Shown piece by piece: positions 1 through 8,661 of a stretch of 64,000 nt of DNA; position 1 is the stretch's first letter, and every line of letters starts with the position of its first letter. Source of the DNA: Candidatus Neomarinimicrobium atlanticum. GTDB lineage: Bacteria; Fidelibacterota; Marinisomatia; Marinisomatales; Marinisomataceae. Where the stretch lies: the NCBI GenBank assembly GCA_000402815.1, contig AQSA01000008.1:1592-65591 (forward strand). Direction: 5' to 3'. Position numbers and translations under genes: made by a program. The notes under the pieces were generated by a model. That model made no database searches and was not told where the DNA came from. It worked only from the letters and a program-made list of their open reading frames with translations.

Positions 1-480
1 ATGAATACTTGGACTCAAGATACTTCAATAGCTTGGGCCTTAAAAGATCTAGTAGCACAAACTGATACTGTTAATGTTTCTGAAGGTTCATGGTCAGTCA
101 TATCTACTGATGGACAGTCTTTTCAACAAGCAGTATCTGGATCTATTGGTAATTTAAAGATTGATGGTAGAGCTTTAATACCAGATGTGTTAGAATTAAA
201 GCAAAATTATCCAAATCCATTTACGACATTTACAACATTAGAATATGATGTTCCATCACCTCAGTATGTTGTTTTAAGAGTCTTTAATATTAAAGGGCAG
301 CTTGTTACTACATTGGTAGATGAAGAGCAGGGCTCTGGTTATAAATCAGTAGTTTGGGATGGAACAAATGATAATGGTGATACAGTTAGTTCTGGGGTAT
401 ACTTCTGTCAAATGTACACTCCGGCAAATCCAAATGGCGGTCAGTTTATTAAAGCTATCAAGATGCTAAGACTAAGATAA
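1..480 (+). CDS. C-terminal fragment (5' end outside window) of a secreted protein with a T9SS/Por-type C-terminal sorting domain
   Basis: ORF is open at the window edge. The last ~80 aa 'LKQNYPNPFTTFTTLEY..VVLRVFNIKGQLVTTL..VVWDGTNDNGDTVSSGVYFCQM' fit the NYPNPF..G..V..L..WDG..G..sGvY pattern of T9SS type-A sorting / FlgD-Ig-like tails. Confidence 0.7.
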   Translation: MNTWTQDTSIAWALKDLVAQTDTVNVSEGSWSVISTDGQSFQQAVSGSIGNLKIDGRALIPDVLELKQNYPNPFTTFTTLEYDVPSPQYVVLRVFNIKGQLVTTLVDEEQGSGYKSVVWDGTNDNGDTVSSGVYFCQMYTPANPNGGQFIKAIKMLRLR

Positions 481-483
481 ATA

Positions 484-1101
484 TTGAATAATCCGTTAAA
501 AAATTTATATCAATGGGTATTATCATGGGCTGAAAGTGCTTATGGCACAGCAGTATTATTCTTTGTTGCTTTCGCTGAATCTTCATTTTTCCCTGTTCCT
601 GCTGATCCATTACTAATGGCTTTGTGCTTAGGCAAAGTTAAGCGTTCAATGTATTATGTTTTTATGTGCACCCTAGGTTCAGTCTTAGGAGGAATTTTTG
701 GTTTTATTATTGGTTATTTTCTTTGGTATACACCTTCAGGTGAATTGACAGGTGTTGCTAATTTCTTTTTTAGAGTTATTCCAGGGTTTACAACAGAAGT
801 ATTTGATAATGTAGGTACTCAGTATGATGCGCATAATTTTCTTGTAATTTTTACAGCAGCATTTACTCCAATCCCATATAAAGTTTTTTCTATAACAGCT
901 GGGGTCTTTCAAATTAATCTTCCAACTTTTATACTTGCTTCAATTTTAGGTAGGGGAGGTCGTTTTGTAATTATCGGATTATTAATTCGTTTTTTTGGAG
1001 ATCCAATTAAAAAAATGATGGACAAGCACTTCAATACCTTTATTATCATCTTAACTGCTATATTTGCCTTAAGCTATCTTTTGATTGGATATCTATTCTA
1101 A
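484..1101 (+). CDS. DedA/YqaA-family (SNARE-associated) inner-membrane protein
   Basis: TTG start 4 nt after the upstream stop. Multi-TM protein with the family-typical N-terminus 'AVLFFVAFAESSFFPVPADPLLMAL' and 'RGGRFVIIGLL'. Confidence 0.7.
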   Translation: MNNPLKNLYQWVLSWAESAYGTAVLFFVAFAESSFFPVPADPLLMALCLGKVKRSMYYVFMCTLGSVLGGIFGFIIGYFLWYTPSGELTGVANFFFRVIPGFTTEVFDNVGTQYDAHNFLVIFTAAFTPIPYKVFSITAGVFQINLPTFILASILGRGGRFVIIGLLIRFFGDPIKKMMDKHFNTFIIILTAIFALSYLLIGYLF

Positions 1102-1120
1102 TTTGTCATAGTTTTTAATT

Positions 1121-2353
1121 ATGAAAAATACACTATACCTATCTATTTTATTTTTAGCATCATGCGCTAGCAATATGCCTAGTGTTACTACTCCAGAGAT
1201 CAAACCTACAAAAAGCGATATAACAATAGAGGATTTTAAGACTCATATAGAGTTTTTATCCTCCGATGAACTTCAAGGACGAGGCGCAGGAACTGAAGGC
1301 GATAAAATAGCTGTTAGTTATATCAAGCAAAGATTTTATGATGCAGCACCAAATAAGGGAAAAATCGAAGTACAAGAACATTATGTATTCAAAGACCGTA
1401 GACAGAAGAAAGATAAAGTTTTAACTTATAATGTCATTGGTTATTTGGTTGGAAATGACGAAAAATTGAAGGACGAATTTGTAGTTATTGGTGGGCACTA
1501 TGATACTACTGCAAATGCTCTCGGAAAGATAAATAATGGCGCTGATGATAATGCTTCAGGCACGTCAATGGTTATTGAGCTTTTTGAAAAATTTGCCGCA
1601 ACAAACAATCATAAGAGAACATTAGTTTTTATGGCATTCGGTGGTGAAGAATTAGGTTTGTTAGGTTCCAAGTATTTTGTAAATAATCCTACTATTGATC
1701 TTGATAAAGTGCATCTTATGGTGAATTTAGATATGGTTGGTAGAATGGAAGAGAATAATGTTCAGCTTGGTGGTGCCGCTTCTGCAGAAAATTTTTCTTC
1801 AAGATTGCATCCGTTCTTAATGGAAGATAATGTAAATGTCATTGAATTAGGAGAAGGTATTTTTAGCAGATCAGATCATTATAATTTCTACAAAAAAAAT
1901 ATTCCCGTACTCTTTTTCTTTACTGGAGTGCACGAAGATTATCATAAGCCATCAGACGATTCTGACAAAATAAATTACGATGGAATGAAATCTATTTCTA
2001 ATATGGTTGAAGGAATAGTTGAAGAGTTTGCTAATACTTCAGATAGATTAGTATTTAAATCTGTCGAGCAAGAGCAAACAATGCAAACACCCTCAAGAAT
2101 GAAAGTTACCTTAGGTGTAATTCCAGACTATTCTTATGATGGAAAAGGTGTTAAAATTGAAAGTACAATAGATAATCGTCCTGGAAAAACAGCAGGAATG
2201 CTTGATGGAGATATTGTTATCAAAATACAGGATCTGGTAATTGTAGATATTTACAAATACATGGAAGCATTCTCACTGATTGAACCTAGCGCTACAGCTG
2301 AAATAACAGTGCTTAGAGGTGAAGAAGAAGTAGTGTTAAATGTACAGTTTTAA
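1121..2353 (+). CDS. M28-family zinc aminopeptidase lipoprotein with C-terminal PDZ domain
   Basis: Lipobox 'FLASC'. M28 metal-ligand blocks 'GGHYDT', 'GADDNASGTSMVIELF', 'GGEELGLLGSKYF', 'NLDMVG', 'SDHYNFY'. C-terminal PDZ-like 'GVKIESTIDNRPGKTAGMLDGDIVIKI'. Confidence 0.8.
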   Translation: MKNTLYLSILFLASCASNMPSVTTPEIKPTKSDITIEDFKTHIEFLSSDELQGRGAGTEGDKIAVSYIKQRFYDAAPNKGKIEVQEHYVFKDRRQKKDKVLTYNVIGYLVGNDEKLKDEFVVIGGHYDTTANALGKINNGADDNASGTSMVIELFEKFAATNNHKRTLVFMAFGGEELGLLGSKYFVNNPTIDLDKVHLMVNLDMVGRMEENNVQLGGAASAENFSSRLHPFLMEDNVNVIELGEGIFSRSDHYNFYKKNIPVLFFFTGVHEDYHKPSDDSDKINYDGMKSISNMVEGIVEEFANTSDRLVFKSVEQEQTMQTPSRMKVTLGVIPDYSYDGKGVKIESTIDNRPGKTAGMLDGDIVIKIQDLVIVDIYKYMEAFSLIEPSATAEITVLRGEEEVVLNVQF

Positions 2354-3392
2354 GAAAAGCTACCACCATTATAAGTCTCTCATAATTTTCTCACTGTTTT
2401 TTATCTCATGTAACCAACCTAAGACATTCATAATTTCAGATATACAGCAATTAACGTTTACCGGAGATAACGGAGAAGGGTATTTCAACGAAGATGAGTC
2501 ACAGATTGTTTTTCAGTCTAAGCGAGATGACAATGATTGTGATAAGCTATATATCGTAGATGTAGACGGTAAAAACCTAAAAGATTTTCCAGTCAAAGAC
2601 GGCGCTTTTACTTGTGCGCATTATGCGCTTGATAATGAATTTATTTTTTTCTCATCAACAATGAAAGATGGACCTCAATGTCCAGAAATTTATAAACATC
2701 CTAATCCTCGAAAGTATATTTGGCCTTTAAGAAATTATGAGATTTATAGGTGGGATGGTATGACAGCAGTACAGCTAACAGATGCTCCAGGGTATAATGC
2801 TGAGACAACTACGCACCCATCAGAGAGAAAGGTGATTTTTACATCAATGCGTGAAGGTGATATAGATCTTTATGAAATGGATTATGATGGCAAAAATCTA
2901 AAACGTATTACGGATGAATTTGGTTATGATGGAGGCGCATTTTATTCTCCTGATGGTAATAGTATTGTATGGCGTGCATGGTATCCTAGTAACGAAGAAG
3001 AAAAAGAAAAATGGTCTGTAAATTTAAATAATCGATATATAGATGCTGTACCGTTAGATATTTATGTAGCTAAGCGAGATGGGTCTAATAAAAAGAGACT
3101 AACAAATAATGGAGCTACTAATTGGTCTCCGTCATGGCATCCAGATGGTAAGCATATTATTTTTTCATCTAACAAGGATGACTGGAGAGATGATTACAAT
3201 GCTTTTGGAAGTAATTTTGAACTGTACATGATTCATATTGAATCTTTAAAAATTCAAAGATTAACAAACAATGATACTTTTGATTCGTTTCCAGTAATAT
3301 CAGAAAATGGAAAGATTACTTTTTCTTCAAATCGTAACGCAGAAAATCCGCGTCAAACAAATATTTTTATCGGCTCTATTCTCAGTAAGTAA
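2340..3392 (+). CDS. TolB-like beta-propeller (PD40/WD40-like repeat) lipoprotein
   Basis: Signal/lipobox 'FFISC'. Repeated PD40-type blocks 'FYSPDGNSIVW', 'SPSWHPDGKHIIFSSNKD', 'HPSERKVIFTSMREGDIDLY', 'ISENGKITFSSNR'. The start is uncertain because the ORF overlaps the upstream gene by 14 nt. Confidence 0.65.
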   Translation: MYSFKKSYHHYKSLIIFSLFFISCNQPKTFIISDIQQLTFTGDNGEGYFNEDESQIVFQSKRDDNDCDKLYIVDVDGKNLKDFPVKDGAFTCAHYALDNEFIFFSSTMKDGPQCPEIYKHPNPRKYIWPLRNYEIYRWDGMTAVQLTDAPGYNAETTTHPSERKVIFTSMREGDIDLYEMDYDGKNLKRITDEFGYDGGAFYSPDGNSIVWRAWYPSNEEEKEKWSVNLNNRYIDAVPLDIYVAKRDGSNKKRLTNNGATNWSPSWHPDGKHIIFSSNKDDWRDDYNAFGSNFELYMIHIESLKIQRLTNNDTFDSFPVISENGKITFSSNRNAENPRQTNIFIGSILSK

Positions 3393-3397
3393 ATATT

Positions 3398-3416
3398 ATT
3401 GAGATTTAATCTCAAT
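3398..3416. promoter_or_regulatory. Perfect 19-bp palindrome ATTGAGATT-T-AATCTCAAT upstream of the TonB-dependent receptor; a third half-site AATCTCAAT lies at 3459-3467
   Basis: Read directly: 9-bp arms around a single central base. The half-site recurs between a TATAAT-like box (3443-3448) and the receptor start codon. Confidence 0.35.
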
Positions 3417-3486
3417 TATACTTGCATTTAGGAATATTCTACTATAATATTGCGACACAATCTCAATAAAAATTTAAAGGGTAAGT

Positions 3487-5862
3487 ATGAAACACGTAAC
3501 AATATTAATAGGATTCTTTAGTTTGGTTTTTGCTCAGACTACTGTTTCCGGTGTTGTAACAGATGGAGACAACAATCCTGTAGCTGATGCTAATATCGTT
3601 CTTTCAAACGGTTTTGGTACAACAAGTGGTAGTGATGGTAGCTTTGCATTTACAGCAACAGTACCTACAACAGCAACATTTTCAGCAATTGGTTTCGCAG
3701 ATAAAAGCGTAACTGTTAGTGGTGGAAGCGTATCTGTAGAACTTTCTAATAGACCTGTAGCATTAGATGCTGTTGACGTATTAGCAGATGCTGCTAGTAT
3801 TACTTCAGGCATGTTTTTAAGATCTGTCAGACCAAGTTCTGTTGTTTCAGAATCAGAATTAAAACAATTTAATCATACAGACATTCACCGTGTTGTATCT
3901 CGTATTCCTGGAGTTTATGTACAGGAAGAAGATGGTCTTGGATTAAGACCTAATATTGGGATTCGTGGTACAGGTTTAGAACGTATGGAAAAGCTTAATG
4001 TAATGGAAGATGGTATTATTATCGCACCAGCTCCATATGCATCACCAGCTGCATACTATTCTCCAACAATGGGGCGTATGCAAGGACTTGAAGTACGTAA
4101 AGGTTCTACTCAAATTAAGCATGGACCTTTCACTACAGGTGGATCATTAAATTATATTTCAACTGCAATTCCTTCATCATCACTTAATAGTGTTGACTTT
4201 ATGGCTGGAAGCTTTGGTAAAACAGTATTACATGTTAAATCAGGGAATACAATGGGTCAATGGGGATATTTATTTGAAGTATACAATGATATGACAGACG
4301 GATTTAAAGAGTTAGATGGCGGGGGAAACACTGGTTATGCTAAAACTGATGTAATGGCTAAAGTTCGTTATACAATGAGCGTTAATCACGCAGTAGAAAT
4401 GAAATATTCTATGACAGATGAAATCTCAGATGAAACATATCTTGGATTATCTGATGATGATTATGCTGCAAATCCATTAAGAAGATATCGTGCGTCTCAA
4501 TTAGATGAGATGGATGCAGATCATTCTCAATTTGTACTATCATACGCAGGTAAATTATCAAATAATTTAACTATGGCAGTTAGTGCTTATAATAATGAGT
4601 TTGCAAGAAATTGGTATAAACTAAATAAAGTTGATGGTTTAAGCCTTGGTTTAATTGCAGACCCAGCAGGTAACGCAGCAGCTTTTGCATTAATGGATGC
4701 GATGGATAGTGATGCCGATGCATACAGAATTAAAGCTAATAATCGTGAATATTTATCAAGTGGTGTTCAAGCAGTATTAAACTGGAGCATTGAAAATCAT
4801 GATATACAAGCTGGTTTACGTATTCACGCAGATGAAATGGATCGTTTTCAATGGGAAGATAGATACCAAATGGTTGGTGGTAAGTTAAATATGACTACAG
4901 CAGCAACTCCTGGTACCGATTCAAATAGAATCGATTCTGCTGAAGCAACTTCACTTTATGTTGAAGATAGAATGACTTCAGGCAATTTCATTGTAACTGG
5001 TGGATTAAGATATGAAGAAATCACTGTTAAAAGAGAAGACTGGGGTAAAACAGACCCAACTCGTGCAGGAGATGCATCAATTAAAGAAGATACATTTGAT
5101 GTGATTGTTCCTGGTGTATCAGTAGAATATGCACTTGAAGATGGAACTACGCTTGGATATGGCATTCATAAAGGATTTGCTCCTCACGGACCAGGTGGTA
5201 CTAAGGTAGTTGATGGTGTTACTCAAGAAGTAAAATCAGAAGAAAGTTGGAATCATGAATGGACTGTAAGATCTTACGAAGGTCTGAATGGGTTAGAGTT
5301 AACATTCTTCATGAACAAGTATGATAATCTTCTTGGTGCAGATACTGCAGCAACAGGTGGTACTGGTTCAAACGAACTCTATAATGGCGGTGCTGTGGAT
5401 GTATCTGGATTAGAATTATATTTAAGACGTATGCTAATGGATAATGGATCTATTCAATTACCAATTGAAATTGCATACACAAAAACTAATACTGAGTTTA
5501 GAGAATCATTTGATGGTTTTTGGGGTGATGTATCTCGAGGGGATGAACTTCCTTACATACCAGAAACAATGGTATCTGTAAACTTAGGTGTTAACATGGA
5601 TAAAACCTCTGTTAACATTGGCCTGAAACACAATTCAGCAGCAAGAACAACAGCAGGGTCTGGTCGTTTAGATGACGCAAATTCTACTGATGCTCTTACT
5701 CTAATTGATTTAGGCGTAAAGCATTCACTTCAAAATAATATTACTTTATCTATGGGTATTAAAAATCTATTAGATAAAGATGCTGTTGTAGCACGAAGAC
5801 CGTATGGTGCTCGTCCTACAATGCCAAGATCTATTTCTGTTGGAGTGAACTATAATTTTTAA
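3487..5862 (+). CDS. TonB-dependent outer-membrane receptor with N-terminal CarboxypepD_reg-like domain
   Basis: Signal peptide; 'TVSGVVTDGDNNPVADANIVL' (CarboxypepD_reg); plug-domain blocks 'RIPGVYVQEEDGLGLRPNIGIRGTG' and 'VMEDGIIIAPAPY'; long beta-barrel ending in a terminal aromatic ('GVNYNF'). Confidence 0.85.
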   Translation: MKHVTILIGFFSLVFAQTTVSGVVTDGDNNPVADANIVLSNGFGTTSGSDGSFAFTATVPTTATFSAIGFADKSVTVSGGSVSVELSNRPVALDAVDVLADAASITSGMFLRSVRPSSVVSESELKQFNHTDIHRVVSRIPGVYVQEEDGLGLRPNIGIRGTGLERMEKLNVMEDGIIIAPAPYASPAAYYSPTMGRMQGLEVRKGSTQIKHGPFTTGGSLNYISTAIPSSSLNSVDFMAGSFGKTVLHVKSGNTMGQWGYLFEVYNDMTDGFKELDGGGNTGYAKTDVMAKVRYTMSVNHAVEMKYSMTDEISDETYLGLSDDDYAANPLRRYRASQLDEMDADHSQFVLSYAGKLSNNLTMAVSAYNNEFARNWYKLNKVDGLSLGLIADPAGNAAAFALMDAMDSDADAYRIKANNREYLSSGVQAVLNWSIENHDIQAGLRIHADEMDRFQWEDRYQMVGGKLNMTTAATPGTDSNRIDSAEATSLYVEDRMTSGNFIVTGGLRYEEITVKREDWGKTDPTRAGDASIKEDTFDVIVPGVSVEYALEDGTTLGYGIHKGFAPHGPGGTKVVDGVTQEVKSEESWNHEWTVRSYEGLNGLELTFFMNKYDNLLGADTAATGGTGSNELYNGGAVDVSGLELYLRRMLMDNGSIQLPIEIAYTKTNTEFRESFDGFWGDVSRGDELPYIPETMVSVNLGVNMDKTSVNIGLKHNSAARTTAGSGRLDDANSTDALTLIDLGVKHSLQNNITLSMGIKNLLDKDAVVARRPYGARPTMPRSISVGVNYNF

Positions 5863-5908
5863 GGTTGTCTTCTACTTAGTTGCTTTCAATTATACCTTAA
5901 AATAGAGG

Positions 5909-5953
5909 AAATAACGCTCGACGAAACCTTCCTGTCGGGCGTTATTTATTTTA
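5909..5953 (+). terminator. Rho-independent terminator after the TonB-dependent receptor
   Basis: Arms 'aaataacgctcgacg' and 'tgtcgggcgttattt' form a ~14-bp stem with one or two mismatches, followed by a T-rich 'atttatttt'. Confidence 0.6.
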
Positions 5954-6032
5954 TGTAATAAAATAATAATTCTAATGTTATGCTAACATTCAATTACTAA
6001 ATTAATAAAAATAAAAAAATAATGAGGTTAAC

Positions 6033-6782
6033 ATGAAAAAAATAATATTAATGACCATTTTTTGCTCTTTAGCTTTTGGACAGGCATACCATATGCAAAC
6101 TGTTCTTGGTATCAAAGATGGCATAAAAGCAGCAGATTTTGAGAAAGCAATGATTCATCATAACAAAGCACATACAGGTCAAGGCGCTGTAAATACATTT
6201 TCGATCGTAAATGGACCTAATGCAGGTAAGTATGTAAGAGTTGCAGCTGCACAATGGCCCACACCTTTAGATATGGTAGATAGTGTTTATGATGCGCTGA
6301 GTAATCATGCGCCAGTAGCTTATGATAAATGGAATAATAGTATGATTGAGCAAGTTGGAGGTATGGAATTTTGGACATTAAGACCTGATCTTAGTAGAAA
6401 TATTCCAACGGTAGAAGGTGCTGATATAAATGGCGAACAACCAAACTTTATTACTATATATTATTATGGTGTTCAGCAGGGTGGTAATGCAAATACGGAA
6501 GCTGTTTTTTCAAGATTTAATGAAATAGCAATACAATCAGATAGTGCTCGCCCATGGGTTGCAATGACAAAAACTTTAGGTGGAAATGTCTCAGTATATT
6601 CATACTCAACACCACATATGACAATGTCTGAAGTTTTAGCTCCTGCGCAAGCAGAGTTTGCTACTGTTTTAGCTCAAATGTATTCTGAGGATTCAGATTT
6701 AGATACTAAGGTAAGAAACGGATGGTCATGGATTTGGAGTGAAACTTGGAGATTTAGACCAGAGCTAAGTACAACAAATTAA
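6033..6782 (+). CDS. Hypothetical secreted protein
   Basis: Long ORF with RBS 'aatgagg' and signal peptide 'MKKIILMTIFCSLAFGQA'. No family recognised. Confidence 0.5.
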   Translation: MKKIILMTIFCSLAFGQAYHMQTVLGIKDGIKAADFEKAMIHHNKAHTGQGAVNTFSIVNGPNAGKYVRVAAAQWPTPLDMVDSVYDALSNHAPVAYDKWNNSMIEQVGGMEFWTLRPDLSRNIPTVEGADINGEQPNFITIYYYGVQQGGNANTEAVFSRFNEIAIQSDSARPWVAMTKTLGGNVSVYSYSTPHMTMSEVLAPAQAEFATVLAQMYSEDSDLDTKVRNGWSWIWSETWRFRPELSTTN

Positions 6783-6810
6783 TCAATTTTTAAAAAGTAC
6801 TTAAAAATCA

Positions 6811-6845
6811 AGAGCCTATTAATGATTGTTAATAGGCTCTTTTTC
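6811..6845 (+). terminator. Rho-independent terminator
   Basis: 'agagcctatta-atgattg-ttaataggctct' hairpin followed by 'ttttt'. Confidence 0.65.
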
Positions 6846-6860
6846 TATTAACATTAATGT

Positions 6861-7898
6861 ATGTTCAATAAAAAGTCAAAATTTGAATTAAAAAAAGATT
6901 TAGAGCAGGAAGCGTTTCAACGTATTACATGCTCTTTTTATAGATATATCAATATTAAAAACCCTAAAATTTTTCGCAATCATCTATATGAGAAATTTTC
7001 AAACTTAAATATTTTAGGCAGGGTTTATGTTGCCGATGAAGGCATTAATGCTCAGATAAGCGTCCCTGAGGATAAATGGAGCATGTTTGAAGACTATATT
7101 AACTCAGAAATACTGTTGAATAGCATAACACTAAAAAAAGCAGTTCAAGAGGGAAGTTCTTTTATAAAGCTAAAAATTTTAGTAAAAAATGAAATCGTAG
7201 CTTATGGAGTAGACAAAGATTGTTACAATATGAATCATGTTGGCCAACATTTGTCAGCTAAAGAATTTAATGAATCAATCAACGAAGAAGGTTCTGTCGT
7301 AGTAGATATGCGTAATTATTATGAAAGTGAAGTTGGAAGATTTAAAAATGCGATTACACCAGATATTCATCGATCTCAAGAATTATTACCAGAAGTAGCA
7401 GAGTTAATATCGGATAGTAAAGATAAAAAAGTTCATTTGTATTGTACGGGCGGAATTCGCTGTGAAAAAGCAAGCGCCTATTTGATAAAAAAAGGATTCA
7501 AAGACGTCTATCAGTTAGATGGTGGAATTATCCAATATGCTCATGATGTTAAAAAAGAAAATATTCCATCAGAATTTATCGGAAAGAATTTTGTTTTTGA
7601 TGACAGGTTAGGTGAAAAAATTACTGATGATATCATTGGAAAATGTCATCAATGCCAAAAATCATGTGATCAACATGCTAACTGTAACAATGATGCTTGT
7701 CATATTTTATTTATTCAGTGTGAAAATTGCGCAACAAAGTACGATAGGTGTTGCTCAGTCAACTGCAGGGACTTTAATGCGCTAGATAATGAAGAACAAA
7801 GAAAACTAAGAAAAGATATAGATAAAAAAGTTTCTAGTGCTAAATTATCCACGAAATTTAGACCAAAACTATATAAACTATTTAATTATTGGAAATAA
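6861..7898 (+). CDS. trhO: Rhodanese-domain tRNA uridine(34) hydroxylase (UPF0176/YceA/TrhO family)
   Basis: N-terminal 'FYRYINIKNP..LGRVYVADEGINAQISVP'; rhodanese active-site loop 'LYCTGGIRCEKASAYL'; Cys-rich C-terminal extension typical of the family. Confidence 0.8.
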   Translation: MFNKKSKFELKKDLEQEAFQRITCSFYRYINIKNPKIFRNHLYEKFSNLNILGRVYVADEGINAQISVPEDKWSMFEDYINSEILLNSITLKKAVQEGSSFIKLKILVKNEIVAYGVDKDCYNMNHVGQHLSAKEFNESINEEGSVVVDMRNYYESEVGRFKNAITPDIHRSQELLPEVAELISDSKDKKVHLYCTGGIRCEKASAYLIKKGFKDVYQLDGGIIQYAHDVKKENIPSEFIGKNFVFDDRLGEKITDDIIGKCHQCQKSCDQHANCNNDACHILFIQCENCATKYDRCCSVNCRDFNALDNEEQRKLRKDIDKKVSSAKLSTKFRPKLYKLFNYWK

Positions 7899-7902
7899 AC
7901 AT

Positions 7903-8556
7903 ATGTCACTAGCAAACAAAGTAAAAGAAATGATAAGCAACCCAATTTCGGTGAGCTATAAAGAAAAAAAAGAATATAGTAAATTGGATATGATTGTATT
8001 GAATCCTGTTTTTCTTTTTCTACTGGTTGCTTCTGTAACATGGTCTGCATGGGACGTTTCAAGACCTCAAACTTCTTCACCGGCAGATACTGCACTAAGC
8101 AATGCAATGATTTATTTTGAAAGAGGAGACTTTGATAATGCTGTTTTACAATTAGAGTCAGTAGTAGAAGACTATGAAAGAACATCAGCAGCAACTCATG
8201 CAAAATTTTATCTAGGTAGAACTGCTTTTATAAATGGTAATAATGATAAAGCAATGATGTTATTATCTGAATCTGCTTCTAAACTAGAATATTCTACATT
8301 AAAAACTGAAGCATATATTATGTTGGGACAGCTTGATTCTGATACAAAAAAGGCTATGAGATTTTTTGATAATGCAGCAAAAAACGCGTTATCTGAAAAC
8401 GAGAAAACATATATTTCAATATTGAAAGCAAAGCGCTTAGTAGCAGATAACAATAAGGTTAAAGCTTTAGAAATTTTAAATAGTTTAGATACAGAAAATA
8501 GTCAATATATTGAGCTATTTGAGGAAGTGTACGGAACAGCGCTAACTTTAAACTAA
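7903..8556 (+). CDS. Membrane-anchored tetratricopeptide-repeat protein (YfgM-like)
   Basis: I prefer the ATG at 7903 ('MSLANKVKEM') to the ORF-track start at 7837, which overlaps trhO. One TM helix ('MIVLNPVFLFLLVASVTW') then TPR-like helices ('AMIYFERGDFDNAVLQLESVV', 'AKFYLGRTAFINGNNDKA'). Confidence 0.55.
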   Translation: MSLANKVKEMISNPISVSYKEKKEYSKLDMIVLNPVFLFLLVASVTWSAWDVSRPQTSSPADTALSNAMIYFERGDFDNAVLQLESVVEDYERTSAATHAKFYLGRTAFINGNNDKAMMLLSESASKLEYSTLKTEAYIMLGQLDSDTKKAMRFFDNAAKNALSENEKTYISILKAKRLVADNNKVKALEILNSLDTENSQYIELFEEVYGTALTLN

Positions 8557-8603
8557 GTTTCTTGTTTAAACGGTTTTTAATAAATATATTTACGCAGTAT
8601 TTG

Positions 8604-8627
8604 AATGGGCCACGGCCCATTTTTGTT
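8604..8627 (+). terminator. Rho-independent terminator
   Basis: 'aatgggcc-ac-ggcccatt' GC-rich hairpin followed by 'ttttgtt'. Confidence 0.6.
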
Positions 8628-8661
8628 ATAATAAAAAAACTATAATATTTGAAAGGTTACT

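Noticed and set aside
7837-7902. Upstream extension of the TPR-protein ORF overlapping trhO by 62 nt
   Set aside because: The extension 'MLNYPRNLDQNYINYLIIGNKH' has no signal and overlaps the conserved trhO C-terminus. The ATG at 7903, just after the trhO stop, is the more plausible start.
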